NCBI GenBank assembly: GCA_000004985.1
Contig: GG738859.1
DNA length: 64,000 bases
Source of the DNA: Naegleria gruberi
Lineage: Eukaryota
Reading direction: 5' to 3' (one strand)
Part shown: positions 30,812 to 40,925 of the stretch, one piece after another
Position numbering within the stretch: the first letter of the stretch is position 1
Layout: each line of letters opens with the position of its first letter
Position numbers and translations under genes: made by a program
The notes under the pieces: generated by a model
What the model saw: the letters and a program-made list of their open reading frames with translations, nothing else
Database searches by the model: none
What the model was told of the DNA's origin: nothing

Positions 30812-32269
30812 TTATTGAAAATGTGAAGGGTACTTTGCCAAATAGGATTGAAGTGATTCTTGAATTTCATCAGTAAGTGATTCAAGTAGAATTTTTTTCT
30901 GTTCTCCAGATTCCATATTCTTAATTGAAATTTTACCTCCCTTCAATTCATCCTCTCCAATAATAATTGTGAGGAGTGATTTACTTTGTTGGGCTTGTTT
31001 CAATTGTTTTGATAAATTTCCCTTCTCAAAATAATTGATTGTAATGCCTTGTTTACGTAATTGTTGGGATAGAATAATAGCAAATTTAGACATTTCCTGA
31101 TCAATAGCTTCATTTGTGCCTCTGACGACTGAAACGAATACTTTTGGAATGTATTCTGGTTGAGGTTGAGTATTTCCCTTTTCCAGTTCTTCCATAATTA
31201 AGGAAAGTCTTTCAAATCCACTAGCCCAACTAGTTAGATGTTAAATTTTGAAATATTTTGTTAATATCAAAACAGAGTTAACTTACCCAACAGCTGGAAT
31301 TTGTTGATTGGCTCCTAATTGTTGAGATAATGTATCATAACGCCCACCTGCGAGAATGGTTGATTTGGCACCAATAACATTGCTCTTAAATTCAAATGTT
31401 GTATGGGTATAGTAATCAAGACCTCTAATAAGAGATGAGTTAATCTTGTATGGAATTTTCAACCATTTCAATCCTAAAAGTACATTTTCAAATCGTTTTC
31501 TATTTTCCTCACTTTGAAATTGAGCTAATTGGGGCATATCATGTTTTTCAATCAAATTTGCAATAAAATCTTCATCCTGTTTAGAGTCGAGAATTCTCCA
31601 AATTCTTCTTGGATTATTTTCTGCAATGGCAATTTCAACTCTAGCTCTACTGTCCTTTGAAAGATTTTCCTCCTGATCAAATAATTCCTTATTCTTTTTA
31701 ACATATTCTAAGAGAGCATGTTGATAATTTTCACGTTCTTTCAAAGTTCCAATAGAGTTAATTTCCAATTGAAATACATCATTTCTACCATCAAGAACAT
31801 TTGTTAAAAATTGATAAGCCATTTCCAAAGATTCCAAATCACTTTGATAATGATCACTTCCTAAATATTCCACTCCAAATTGATGAAATTGACGATATCT
31901 TCCTTTCTGTGGTCTTTCGTATCTAAACATTGGTCCATAATAGTAAATTCTTTGTTTTGTTGAGAGAGCATTTTCGATAACACTTCTCATAATTGGTGCT
32001 GTTCCTTCAGGTCTCAAACATAACTTATTTCCTTCAATAGCATCACGTGATGAGAGAATAAACATTTCCTTTGATATAATATCAGTGTCGGCTCCGAGAG
32101 TTCTCTCGAATAATTTTCTCTCCTCTACGATTGGAGTTTGTGCAAATTGATAATCGAATGTCTTTGCTGTTTGTTCTCCGACTCTAATAATTTTTGAATA
32201 GCACTTGGTTGAAAATTGTGAAGGAAGGAAATCAGCCATTCCTTTCACACACTTCGTATGATACGACAT
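30812..32269 (-). CDS. Histidyl-tRNA synthetase, bacterial type. Exons 32269..31287 and 31229..30812, 57-nt intron at 31286..31230 (GTAAGT...TCTAACTAG).
   Basis: CVKGMADFLP, PIVEERKLFERTLGADTDIISKEMF, CLRPEGTAPIMRS, GPMFRYERPQKGRYRQFHQFG (HisRS motif 2) and GGRYD are collinear with E. coli HisS. Splicing gives IPAVG|WASGFERLSLIMEEL (E. coli TPAVGFAMGLERLVLLV). The track ORF 30812..31195 is the anticodon-binding-domain exon. There is no WHEP domain or obvious presequence. Confidence 0.85.
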
Positions 32270-32360
32270 TTTTTTTGATTGAATTAATCTTATTAGGCAC
32301 CTTTTTGTTTAATGGTAAATAGAAAGACGAATAATAGATTGAATTAATACTGAATATTAT

Positions 32361-33482
32361 TTATTTGTGAACTTGTTTAAAGTAACCAACTGTTCTCTTC
32401 TTGGCTTCCTTCATATCATAAACAGGCTTATATGTGAATAAACGAGTAGCTTTTGTGGAATTGAATCTTCTATCAGCAACTAACAAGGCATTCTTATCCA
32501 ATTCAAATTGTGGTGGAATAGCAAACTTGATACCACAGAACTTCAAAACAAAGGCAACAATCAACAAAATGTAGCTGATGACATACATAATTTGGACTGG
32601 AACACCAATCTTTGGAGTTGGATAATTGAATTCCTTCAAAATATCAGCCATAAATCCCCAGAACAATTCAGGTTCTTGATTTGTGACAAAGAATGGTTCA
32701 CCACTAACTTCATCTTTATCCAAATGAGTTGATGCTAAAATGAGTGAGTGTGTGACGTTCTTAACATATGTATAATCCATATAATTTTTACCATTTCCGA
32801 CATAGAACTTGGTCTTTCCTGCCTTACCATTATCTAAAACAGTAGGAATAAATAATAAATCTCTTTCACCGAAAATACTTGCTGGTCTAATAGCAACAGT
32901 TCTGATCTTATCCTTATGTTCTTTACCATATTTAAGTGTTAATTTTTCTTGTTCAACTTTGGTGTCAGTATAAACATTAACACCTGATTTGACATATGGT
33001 TTAGTTTCATCACAATTATTGGTATCAGTACCATCAAAAACTACAGATGCAGATGAAACAAGAACGAAATTCTTGGTTTCCTTTCCAGAAGCAGTTTCAA
33101 TTAAACAATCCAACAAATTACGAGTGCCTTCAACATTGACCTTGTAGAGAACTGCAGCTGGTGATTTGAAAGGATCAGGAGTGGCAGTGTGGAAAACAGT
33201 ATCTACATTAAAATCTTGGAAAGCTTCAAGAACTTGCTATATAAATGTTAAATTACCATGTCACACACTGTGGAAAAACTATGAACTTACCTCCTTGTTG
33301 CAAATATCGGTCTTGTAAAATTTAACATCCTTTGTGATGGTTGGTTCTCTGATATCCATAACACCGACATTATATCCCTTGGCCTTCAAGTCTTCAACAA
33401 GATGTTGACCCAAAAATCCTGCTCCTCCAATAACAAGACAATTCTTGACTCTATTACTTCCAACAACGTTAAATCCGCTCAT
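32361..33482 (-). CDS. NSDHL: Sterol-4-alpha-carboxylate 3-dehydrogenase (NSDHL/ERG26-like 3-beta-HSD family). Exons 33482..33291 and 33236..32361, 54-nt intron at 33290..33237.
   Basis: Exon 1 CLVIGGAGFLGQHLVEDLKAKGYNV (Rossmann GxxGxxG). Exon 2 VDTVFHTATP...VLVSSASVVFDG...YTDTK (YxxxK)...AIRPASIFGERD...KFYVGNGKN..DYTYVKNV is collinear with human NSDHL. GTAAGT donor after ...CNKE. Confidence 0.8.
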
Positions 33483-33795
33483 TTTTTTGATTGTGTTAAT
33501 CCGAAAGGTAATAGGTTGAGAGAATTGGCAGGGAATTCGGTGTGCTACAAATTACTCTTCTATTATCAATTTACAAAGACAATTCTCAATGGTTGGGTTA
33601 GGAGATCATATTCAATTTCCTTTAAGAAGAGAGGTTGAAGAGTTTAATAAATTATTATTTTTATAATCATTGATGGAAAATTGAAATGATTATTTGATTC
33701 ATGTCTTGTTGTTCCGTACATGAAATATTCATTCTCGAATTTTAAAATTATTGTCTATCCATTAAAGTAATGTCAATATCGATTGTTTGTGTTCT

Positions 33796-34116
33796 TTAAA
33801 CCTTGTTACCTTCTCTTTCAAGAATTTTAGCCTTTTCTTCTGCGGAGAGTTTTCTGTTTTCTTTGGACTTCTTTTCTTGTTCTTCTCTTAATTTCTTCAA
33901 TTGATGGAAGGCAGGATAAACCTTTTCAGCTTCTTTTTGATTTTGAGCATATCTTGTTTCATATTCGTTATCAAGACAAATATCCAATAACTTTTTCTTA
34001 TCCGTACAAGGATTCAAAAAGTTAACAACATTTCTTGTTTTATAACATTCCATCAATGCATTCATAGCATCGACACACTCCTTGCTGTGGTCTCCTTCCT
34101 TAACAACTGGGTGCAT
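33796..34116 (-). CDS. Twin Cx9C (CHCH) mitochondrial intermembrane-space protein, Cmc1/Cox23-like
   Basis: 106 aa with two C-x9-C pairs, CVDAMNALMEC and CTDKKKLLDIC, and a K/E-rich tail. Confidence 0.6.
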   Translation of the reverse strand: MHPVVKEGDHSKECVDAMNALMECYKTRNVVNFLNPCTDKKKLLDICLDNEYETRYAQNQKEAEKVYPAFHQLKKLREEQEKKSKENRKLSAEEKAKILEREGNKV

Positions 34117-34399
34117 TTCCGTATTATTGTATTATTGATTATCGGTATTCCTATTCCACAACACAACTAGGTGATGAAAAGTTTCGATATTTTTTAATTG
34201 TTTTTAATTTGGAGTTAATTGGTGATGGAGGCGAAATTGGGTTTATTTGAATTCAAATTAAAACTCTATTGATATTTGTAATATTATTGAAAGATAACAA
34301 TTATGAATTGAGTATGTTTTTTAAATAAATTATATTCTTTTCTTCAAATGATTTGAAATTTGAATATTAATACATGTAATCAAATTAATAAATAATAAT

Positions 34400-35119
34400 T
34401 TAATCATCAGAATCGTCAGAATCATCACTGTCATCTCCAAACAGTGAAATCTTAGCTTTTTGAGTTGTTGGCACTGCTGCATTAGTTTCATATTGGAATT
34501 TATCAAAGTCAATTCGAGGAATCTTTTGTTCTTCTTGTTCTTTTTCTGCATTGAGCTTTTCTGTATATTTAGTTTTGTACAATCGTAAGGTGCTTGGATA
34601 TAGGAGTGATAGAGGCCAAATTTCTGGAGCTGGGAAAGGTGCTAATTGCATGTCACTTTCTTTCAGAGCTGGCTGTTCACTGGTTACCTTACTTATGAAA
34701 TGTGAATATGAAAATACTTCATCCAAATTTAAATTCTTAGACTCCTTGATAGATTTAACAATCGGAGATGATTGATGTAGTGCATTTCCTAATTTTGAAT
34801 GTACAGTTTCCAATGCTTCTGTTAATTTAGCAATTTTATATTCCTTTTCGTCCAAAATTTGTTTTGTTTGATCGATCTTTCTTTGAAACTTTTGATTTTC
34901 CACTAATTCTAGTAATAATGTTTTTAATTCTTTATCCTTTTCTATTAATAATTCTGTTTGTAACATGATTTCATTCTTGATCATAGCTACAAGAGCCTTG
35001 CTTTTAGCAGTCTCTCCTGTCAGTGTTCTTGTACCTTTTGATATTGCAGCACAAAGAGCTTTAAAGGTAAGAACCATTTCACTAATACATTTTAATATCC
35101 TCTGCTGCACCGAACTCAT
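34400..35119 (-). CDS. MED4: Mediator complex subunit MED4
   Basis: The track start 35122 is an alternative GTG; the ATG is 3 nt downstream. The central coiled coil and ...VFSYSHFISKVTSEQPALKESDMQLAPFPAPEIWPLSLL resemble human MED4 [40 protein letters not shown]. Acidic DDSDDSDDSDD tail. Confidence 0.6.
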   Translation of the reverse strand: MSSVQQRILKCISEMVLTFKALCAAISKGTRTLTGETAKSKALVAMIKNEIMLQTELLIEKDKELKTLLLELVENQKFQRKIDQTKQILDEKEYKIAKLTEALETVHSKLGNALHQSSPIVKSIKESKNLNLDEVFSYSHFISKVTSEQPALKESDMQLAPFPAPEIWPLSLLYPSTLRLYKTKYTEKLNAEKEQEEQKIPRIDFDKFQYETNAAVPTTQKAKISLFGDDSDDSDDSDD

Positions 35120-35248
35120 CACGAATATTTTTTTAAATTGTATTTTTATTTGATTTTGCTTTTCTGTTCATCAACATCGGAATGGTTCCAATCAAATGAA
35201 ATTACTTCATCAAATAAGAGAATACTAATTAATTTTTTATAAATAAAT

Positions 35249-36166
35249 TTAATATTTCTTTCCACCTTTATTTCCACCTTTGAATTTCGATGAATGATTT
35301 GTTGGAGCAGGAAACATGCAAGCGAAAATTCTGCAAGGAGCACCATGTACATCGGCACCATTATATAAGAGACATTCACGAACACTACGCCATTCCTTGA
35401 ATAAAATCATAAATTGATTCTTGTTACTCTTTGAACTTTCTATCGAGACAAGAGAACCACATTCTTCAACATATGACCATAATTCTTCTTCAGTGATTGG
35501 AGCTCCCTTGACAACCATTAAACATGCCTTGTCATTTTCACAAGCAAAACGAATGTTAATTGGAATACCTTCAATAATAGCTCCATTGTAATCTTCAAAA
35601 ACTTGTGCATTTGCAAATTCCTTTTCAAAAATAACAATAGCAGCCTTTGGACCTTGAATAAGAGTAGCTTGCTTATTGTTAGTATTCTTTTGTTGTGCAT
35701 TTCTCAAAGCATTACTAGCCAAAGCTTCAGATTCCTTTGATGATAAATTCTTTTGGAAAATCAAAATTTCCTTAAGCTTTTGTGCAGAATTACCACTAGC
35801 TTCGGCAATTTCATTCATACAGCCCTTGAGTACGATTTCATCAACAGAGAGGGCAAGATTTGAAATCAATAGTATATTCTTATAAATTTTAGAAGAGTTG
35901 GTGGTAATTTTGCCTGTAAAGGTAGGATCTTGTGTAGCGTTAATATATTCTTCGGTATCATTGGTTTCCTTCTTGGCTTTTTTAGTGAGTGATTCAAGAG
36001 TTGGTTCTTCTCCGGATGATGTAACTTTTTCATTTTTACGTTTAACTCCTTGTTGACTCTTTTCAGGTACTTCATCTACCATCAAGTTGGTATCAACTTT
36101 TTCCTCTTCCTTCTTGTTGCCTGCAGCAGGCTTTTGTTGTTTGTTATTCTTTCTGTTCTTGGTCAT
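35249..36166 (-). CDS. Hypothetical K-rich nuclear protein with two RRM-like segments
   Basis: 305 aa. N-terminal lysine-rich region. AAIVIFEKEFANAQVFEDYNGAIIEGIPINIRFA and QFMILFKEWRSVRECLLYNGADVHGAPCRIFA look RRM-like. C-terminal GGNKGGKK. Confidence 0.45.
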   Translation of the reverse strand: MTKNRKNNKQQKPAAGNKKEEEKVDTNLMVDEVPEKSQQGVKRKNEKVTSSGEEPTLESLTKKAKKETNDTEEYINATQDPTFTGKITTNSSKIYKNILLISNLALSVDEIVLKGCMNEIAEASGNSAQKLKEILIFQKNLSSKESEALASNALRNAQQKNTNNKQATLIQGPKAAIVIFEKEFANAQVFEDYNGAIIEGIPINIRFACENDKACLMVVKGAPITEEELWSYVEECGSLVSIESSKSNKNQFMILFKEWRSVRECLLYNGADVHGAPCRIFACMFPAPTNHSSKFKGGNKGGKKY

Positions 36167-36403
36167 TTTTTTTATCTGTTCACAATCAAAATTTTAAATT
36201 CAATATTTTTATCGAATGCAAAATTCAGTTCAACGACAGCCAAAAGTTGAATAAGAAATTTGTTCCGTATAATGTTGGTCTATCATTAAGAGTGCCTTCC
36301 TCAATTAATTGAAACTCTCATTCTATCAATTTAAATAGATTCATCAAAAAAATAACAACCTATATCTTTATTCAACTTGAATAATACCATCTACTCATCT
36401 TTT

Positions 36404-38316
36404 TTATAAAACCCATTCCCACTCACTGGCTATGTTAAAATCAACTTTCCCAAAGAAATCAATTTTCTGTGGCACAAAGAATGTCAAAATATGATCAATT
36501 GACTCATAGATTCCATCTCCAGTGAGTGCACAACCTGCTTGTATGTACCATTTTCTATCTGTTATGCTGTTCAGATTCAAATCATTGGCGATATTGGCGC
36601 AAGATGCAGCACTGAAGAAATCCTGCTTATTACAAAACACAACAATTGAAGTTTTCTTTGGAATACTTTCCAAAACAGTCCAAAGTAAATCTTTGGCTTG
36701 ATTCATTCTGCCAGTGTCTGTAGAATCAACAACAAATATTACAAAATCTGCTTCTTGTGCATAATCTTTCCACAAGTTGGCTAATCCACCAAAATCTTTC
36801 TATTCAAATATTAAATTAAGATGGTAAAAAATAAATTACTTACAATTGTAAAGTCAACATCTTTGTAATTAATCATTTGTGTGTTAAACTTATCAGTTGG
36901 AATAGTTAACACAACTTCACCCAAATACCACTTGTACAGGAGGGTTGTTTTACCACCACCATCAAGACCAATTAAAAATCCATTCTTTTTGGTTCGTTTC
37001 TTCTGTTTCTTCTCGAGGACCTTAATTTCTTGGAGACCCAATAGTTCTTTTGGAACTCCTCTTACGTGCAGAAGTGATTTGAGCATAATATCCTTCAGTT
37101 GATTTTTGGCAGATGTGAATAAATCTTCCTTTCCAAGATTTACAAAAATTGAAAAGAATGGAAACAAAATCTCATCATCATTAATTTTTGAAAAATCAAT
37201 AAACTCGAGCACGAATTTGTAAGCTTCCTCAAATCTTGCTTCATAATCTGTAACCACCCAAAAAATCAAAAAGTAAGTGACAGCCATCAAATCACCATTC
37301 GACAATAAACTCAATAGAATTTGTTTTAGCAACTCGAATGGCATTCTTCCAATCACCTTGTAATGAGCGTATTTGCTAACAACATAGCTAATCATTGCAT
37401 GCAAATCTTTCTCTGTAAATATTGGAACATGTTGCATCAAAGTTTGTTTGAATAACTTCTTGTCCTTTGTTGAATAACAACTGAGATCCTCTTCGAGCTC
37501 TGTATAACCAACCTTTCTATAAATTGGATCACATATAATGCAAGATGGTTGTGCAGAAATAATTGGAATAGTCTCTTCATAAATTATTGATTTGCAATCT
37601 TCAGATAATTCAATGGATGCAAGTGAAATAGTGAGAGCATTGTAGGCATTACAAACTTTGGAAATGGATTTTGTTAAACTCTCAACTTGATATTCATCTG
37701 CGATTTGTAGCAAACCTATTAAATCATCCATTTTAACAATAATTTCACTTTCTGATTTTGATTCGAATGTTAACTTATCAGAACCCAAATATCCAATGTG
37801 CACATAGTCAATCATCCATTCAAAATACTTATCAGATGTCTCAAGTGTCATTTCACTTGTTCTTGCTTCAATCATTTCACTATTTAACATTCTCTCAAAA
37901 ACTTTGCATTCTCTGGAAAGTATTTTCTTGGAAACTTGTAAATTGACCTTTCTATTAGGAATGCTAATATTGAATACATCTTGTTCATCAGTATTTTCAC
38001 TTTCGTATTTCACCAAAATGAAACCAACACCATTATTTTCAATTTTCTTTTTTACTTGATCGGAAGAGGCAACATTTTCTCTTCTCAGATAATAGCCGAT
38101 ATTTTGCTGAATGTAATCTATCAGAGAGGTGTTGATACCATAATTACTAACGAAACCTTTCCAATAACTTTCAAAATTGGTTGGAGGTACAACATCAGAT
38201 TGCATACCAAGAATATAATTCTGATCGAGTTCGGGAGAAATACAATACCAATGCGAGAGATTTTTAATTTCTTCTGTGTTGGCAATGGTATAATCAATAA
38301 TATCTTGGTTGATCAT
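36404..38316 (-). CDS. BTB/POZ-domain protein with a C-terminal ARF/ARL-type small-GTPase domain. Exons 38316..36844 and 36799..36404, 44-nt intron at 36843..36800 (GTAAGT...TTTGAATAG).
   Basis: Exon 1 contains a BTB-like segment (VNLQVSKKILSRECKVFERMLNSEMIE...LIGLLQIADEYQVESL) and ends with the ARF P-loop and switch I (FLIGLDGGGKTTLLYKWYLGEVVLTIPTDKFNTQMINYKDVDFTI). Exon 2 continues KDFGGLANLWKDYAQEADFVIFVVDSTD...VVFCNKQDF...WYIQAGCALTGDGIYESIDHIL. Switch II has Leu in place of the catalytic Gln. The track splits the gene into ORFs 36811..38316 and 36404..36775. Confidence 0.7.
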
Positions 38317-38381
38317 TTTTTCTAACTGTTTTCGTGGATAAATATTTTACAAAATATCTTTAATGTGAAAAAATGTTTTAT

Positions 38382-39452
38382 TTAGTTTCTTTCATTGGTA
38401 ACTTCACTCAATAATTGAGCAGTCCATTCATTAATTGAAGTGGTGGATGCATTTGGACAAAGATGAGCATGAGTAAATGCCATCCATCTTCCAGACTTGA
38501 TACATTTAGCACCAATAGACTTCAAACGTTCTCTCAATCCTCTATCGGATGTAACAAATAGACAAGAATCCAAAGTGCCAGCAATATTTTGTCTATTTGC
38601 CAATTCAACAAGCATATCATCAGCAATGGTGAAACCTTCCTTCTTGGCAGATGAAACAACAAATGTTCCATCATTGAAAGTACCATTAACTTGATTGCTT
38701 GAAGCATCGAAAACAACATGCATTAAATTCAATTTTTGATTTAAAGTTGTTTCAGAGAACTGAGAATACTTTTTGGCCATATGGACTAGTAATTCTTCAA
38801 CGAGGTGTTTCTTCTTACTCTTTAGAATTAAACCTCTCAAAGTACTGGTTTGGAAGAAGAGATTATTACCATCAATTACAATTCTACTAATTTCTGGATT
38901 CATCTTGGATGCAATTCCAGTACTTTCATCTACAAGAATTACATCATCAGTATGAATCTTTTGAGATTCTTCATTTTGGAAACGACGTTTTTCTTGACGT
39001 TCTTGTTTCTTGAGCTCTCTTTCAGCTTTTCTTTCACGCTTGTCATTGGAAACTTTATCCTTCTTTAACTTTTTCATTCTAATCTTGAAATCAACAATGA
39101 ATGATTCAACAGAAGTTGTGATGGAGGAATCAAGACGATGTTGAAGAATGGAATTAATAGAATTGGTCCAATCTTCATCAGTATGAAGGACTCTAAATTT
39201 TTTACCAGATTTTGCCTTAAAATCCTTAACCTTAACAATCTTGACAGATTTTGGTTCTTCATCATCATTCAAATTTGAATTAAATTGCTTTTCAATATAA
39301 TCTTTCAAATCTTGAAGATTTTCCAATGGAGAGAAAGAAGGTACACTTTGTTCAATAATTTGAATATCATCATGCTTCTTCATCATATAATTTAATTTAA
39401 TTCCAATTGGTTCGGAAGCATTGGTGTTGTTATTAATTGTGTTACTAATCAT
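38382..39452 (-). CDS. NYN (YacP-like) nuclease-domain protein, basic and coiled-coil rich
   Basis: 356 aa. The C-terminal IVIDGNNLFF...HVVFDASS...FVTSDRGLRERL follows the YacP/NYN pattern (VDGYN...VVFDA...TSD). The central part is KR/E-rich. Confidence 0.45.
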   Translation of the reverse strand: MISNTINNNTNASEPIGIKLNYMMKKHDDIQIIEQSVPSFSPLENLQDLKDYIEKQFNSNLNDDEEPKSVKIVKVKDFKAKSGKKFRVLHTDEDWTNSINSILQHRLDSSITTSVESFIVDFKIRMKKLKKDKVSNDKRERKAERELKKQERQEKRRFQNEESQKIHTDDVILVDESTGIASKMNPEISRIVIDGNNLFFQTSTLRGLILKSKKKHLVEELLVHMAKKYSQFSETTLNQKLNLMHVVFDASSNQVNGTFNDGTFVVSSAKKEGFTIADDMLVELANRQNIAGTLDSCLFVTSDRGLRERLKSIGAKCIKSGRWMAFTHAHLCPNASTTSINEWTAQLLSEVTNERN

Positions 39453-39801
39453 TTTCTAATTATTATATTAATATTGATTGACTTGTTTTTTTAGTTATTT
39501 GGAATTGAGATATGATCGTGGCCTTTTTATTTTGCCTTGGAAAACAAAGTTCACCTTTAAAAATAGATAATTCATGGATAGAGGGTTACCTTGAGAACGT
39601 TTGCGTGTACTGCTTGTTACTTGAGATGATATGAATTCATTGACTCAATAAGGGTGGTTGTATTCTTCAATTATTAAGGTTGGATTGTCAAATTAAGTTG
39701 GTCTTTGCGTTGTGTTCATTGTACATGAATGAATAATATACGTAATTTGGACCTAAACTGATTTAAGAGGTTAAATGCAAAACACAACAATCAAAAGCAT
39801 C

Positions 39802-39873
39802 CTCCCATGCCGGGAATTGAACCCGGACCTCCTGGGTGAAAGCCAGGTATCCTAGCCATTGGACTACACGGGA
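39802..39873 (-). tRNA. tRNA-Glu (anticodon TTC)
   Basis: Reverse complement TCCCGTGTAGTCCAATGGCTAGGATACCTGGCTTTCACCCAGGAGGTCCGGGTTCAATTCCCGGCATGGGAG. Anticodon stem CCTGG/CCAGG, loop CTTTCAC. Confidence 0.85.
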
Positions 39874-39927
39874 TTACATTAAGGTTGATTAAGGTAATTT
39901 TTAATCGCTTAGTATTTTGAATTTTGT

Positions 39928-40851
39928 TTAATAGTAATCTCTACGACATGTTCTTTCAATATTTACAATTCTTCTATCTGAATCATCAACTATTACCTTA
40001 AGGTCTAAGTTGTCCGTATATCCTCCACCAGCATTATAATATGAAGGAAATATATATCCTTCAAGATTTGACAAATAAAGTGGCTCATGTCTATCTGATA
40101 ATTTTACATCATTGACATTCAATACTTCAATTAATTCAAAAGGAGATATCATTGGTGTGAAATTTTCAACATTCAAACCAATATCATATTGAATTACAGT
40201 TTCATGTGGCATTAAATATTGAGATAACTTGGAAAAATTGTCTGCATAATTATCAGCTTTCAAAACACAAGAAAGGAATGTCAATAGAGGTATTTCTGTT
40301 GTCATTTCGATACCTAACCTATTTTCACAAAGCTCAGCTTTCACTTTGTCAATAAATAAATTAGGAGTGTATCCAGAAACTGTCAATGAATCATATACAA
40401 TAGTGATAATGTAATGATCCAATATATCCTCTACATTCAATGGAATTTCCTTTCTAAATTTAAAAGATGCTCTATTTGCTTCTAAAAGCAGAGTATTTGT
40501 ACAATAATAATCTTCTCTATCATCTTCCTGTTTAAAGAATGATTGATAATTATCTGCAATCTCCAAACTATTAACTTCATATGGTTGATCTTTGGCATCA
40601 TTTTGTTTTTTAGGAATTTTCCAAGTAATTTCCAATAATTTAGATAACCAACAACAATTATTATCATTAGTAAGTGTATAATATTGATCAATCCTATAAT
40701 AATCACAATACATCATCTTCCAGAAAACTTGATTGGAATGAACACCTCTCTTCCACACATTATTCACTCTCCTGCACTTAATTATTTCATCTATCGGAAG
40801 GAATGACACAATGTGAGCAACTTCATGTACATGCAACTCGTGTTCGAACAT
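39928..40851 (-). CDS. F-box protein (307 aa)
   Basis: N-terminal F-box-like motif VHEVAHIVSFLPIDEIIKCRRVNNVWKRGVHSNQVFWKMMY. ATG at 40851 in an AAAAAATG context. Divergent from the next F-box gene across a 74-bp spacer. Confidence 0.6.
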   Translation of the reverse strand: MFEHELHVHEVAHIVSFLPIDEIIKCRRVNNVWKRGVHSNQVFWKMMYCDYYRIDQYYTLTNDNNCCWLSKLLEITWKIPKKQNDAKDQPYEVNSLEIADNYQSFFKQEDDREDYYCTNTLLLEANRASFKFRKEIPLNVEDILDHYIITIVYDSLTVSGYTPNLFIDKVKAELCENRLGIEMTTEIPLLTFLSCVLKADNYADNFSKLSQYLMPHETVIQYDIGLNVENFTPMISPFELIEVLNVNDVKLSDRHEPLYLSNLEGYIFPSYYNAGGGYTDNLDLKVIVDDSDRRIVNIERTCRRDYY

Positions 40852-40925
40852 TTTTTACTTGAAGTTTCAACATGTTTTCAACATGCAAGTAAACTGGCTC
40901 ATTTTGAAAATTCAATTTCAAAAAA
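40852..40925. promoter_or_regulatory. 74-bp bidirectional promoter between two divergent F-box genes, containing a tandem 11-nt direct repeat (G/T)TTTCAACATG x2 at 40864..40885
   Basis: The spacer is TTTTTTACTTGAAGTTTCAACATGTTTTCAACATGCAAGTAAACTGGCTCATTTTGAAAATTCAATTTCAAAAAA, lying between ATG 40851 (minus) and ATG 40926 (plus). Confidence 0.4.
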
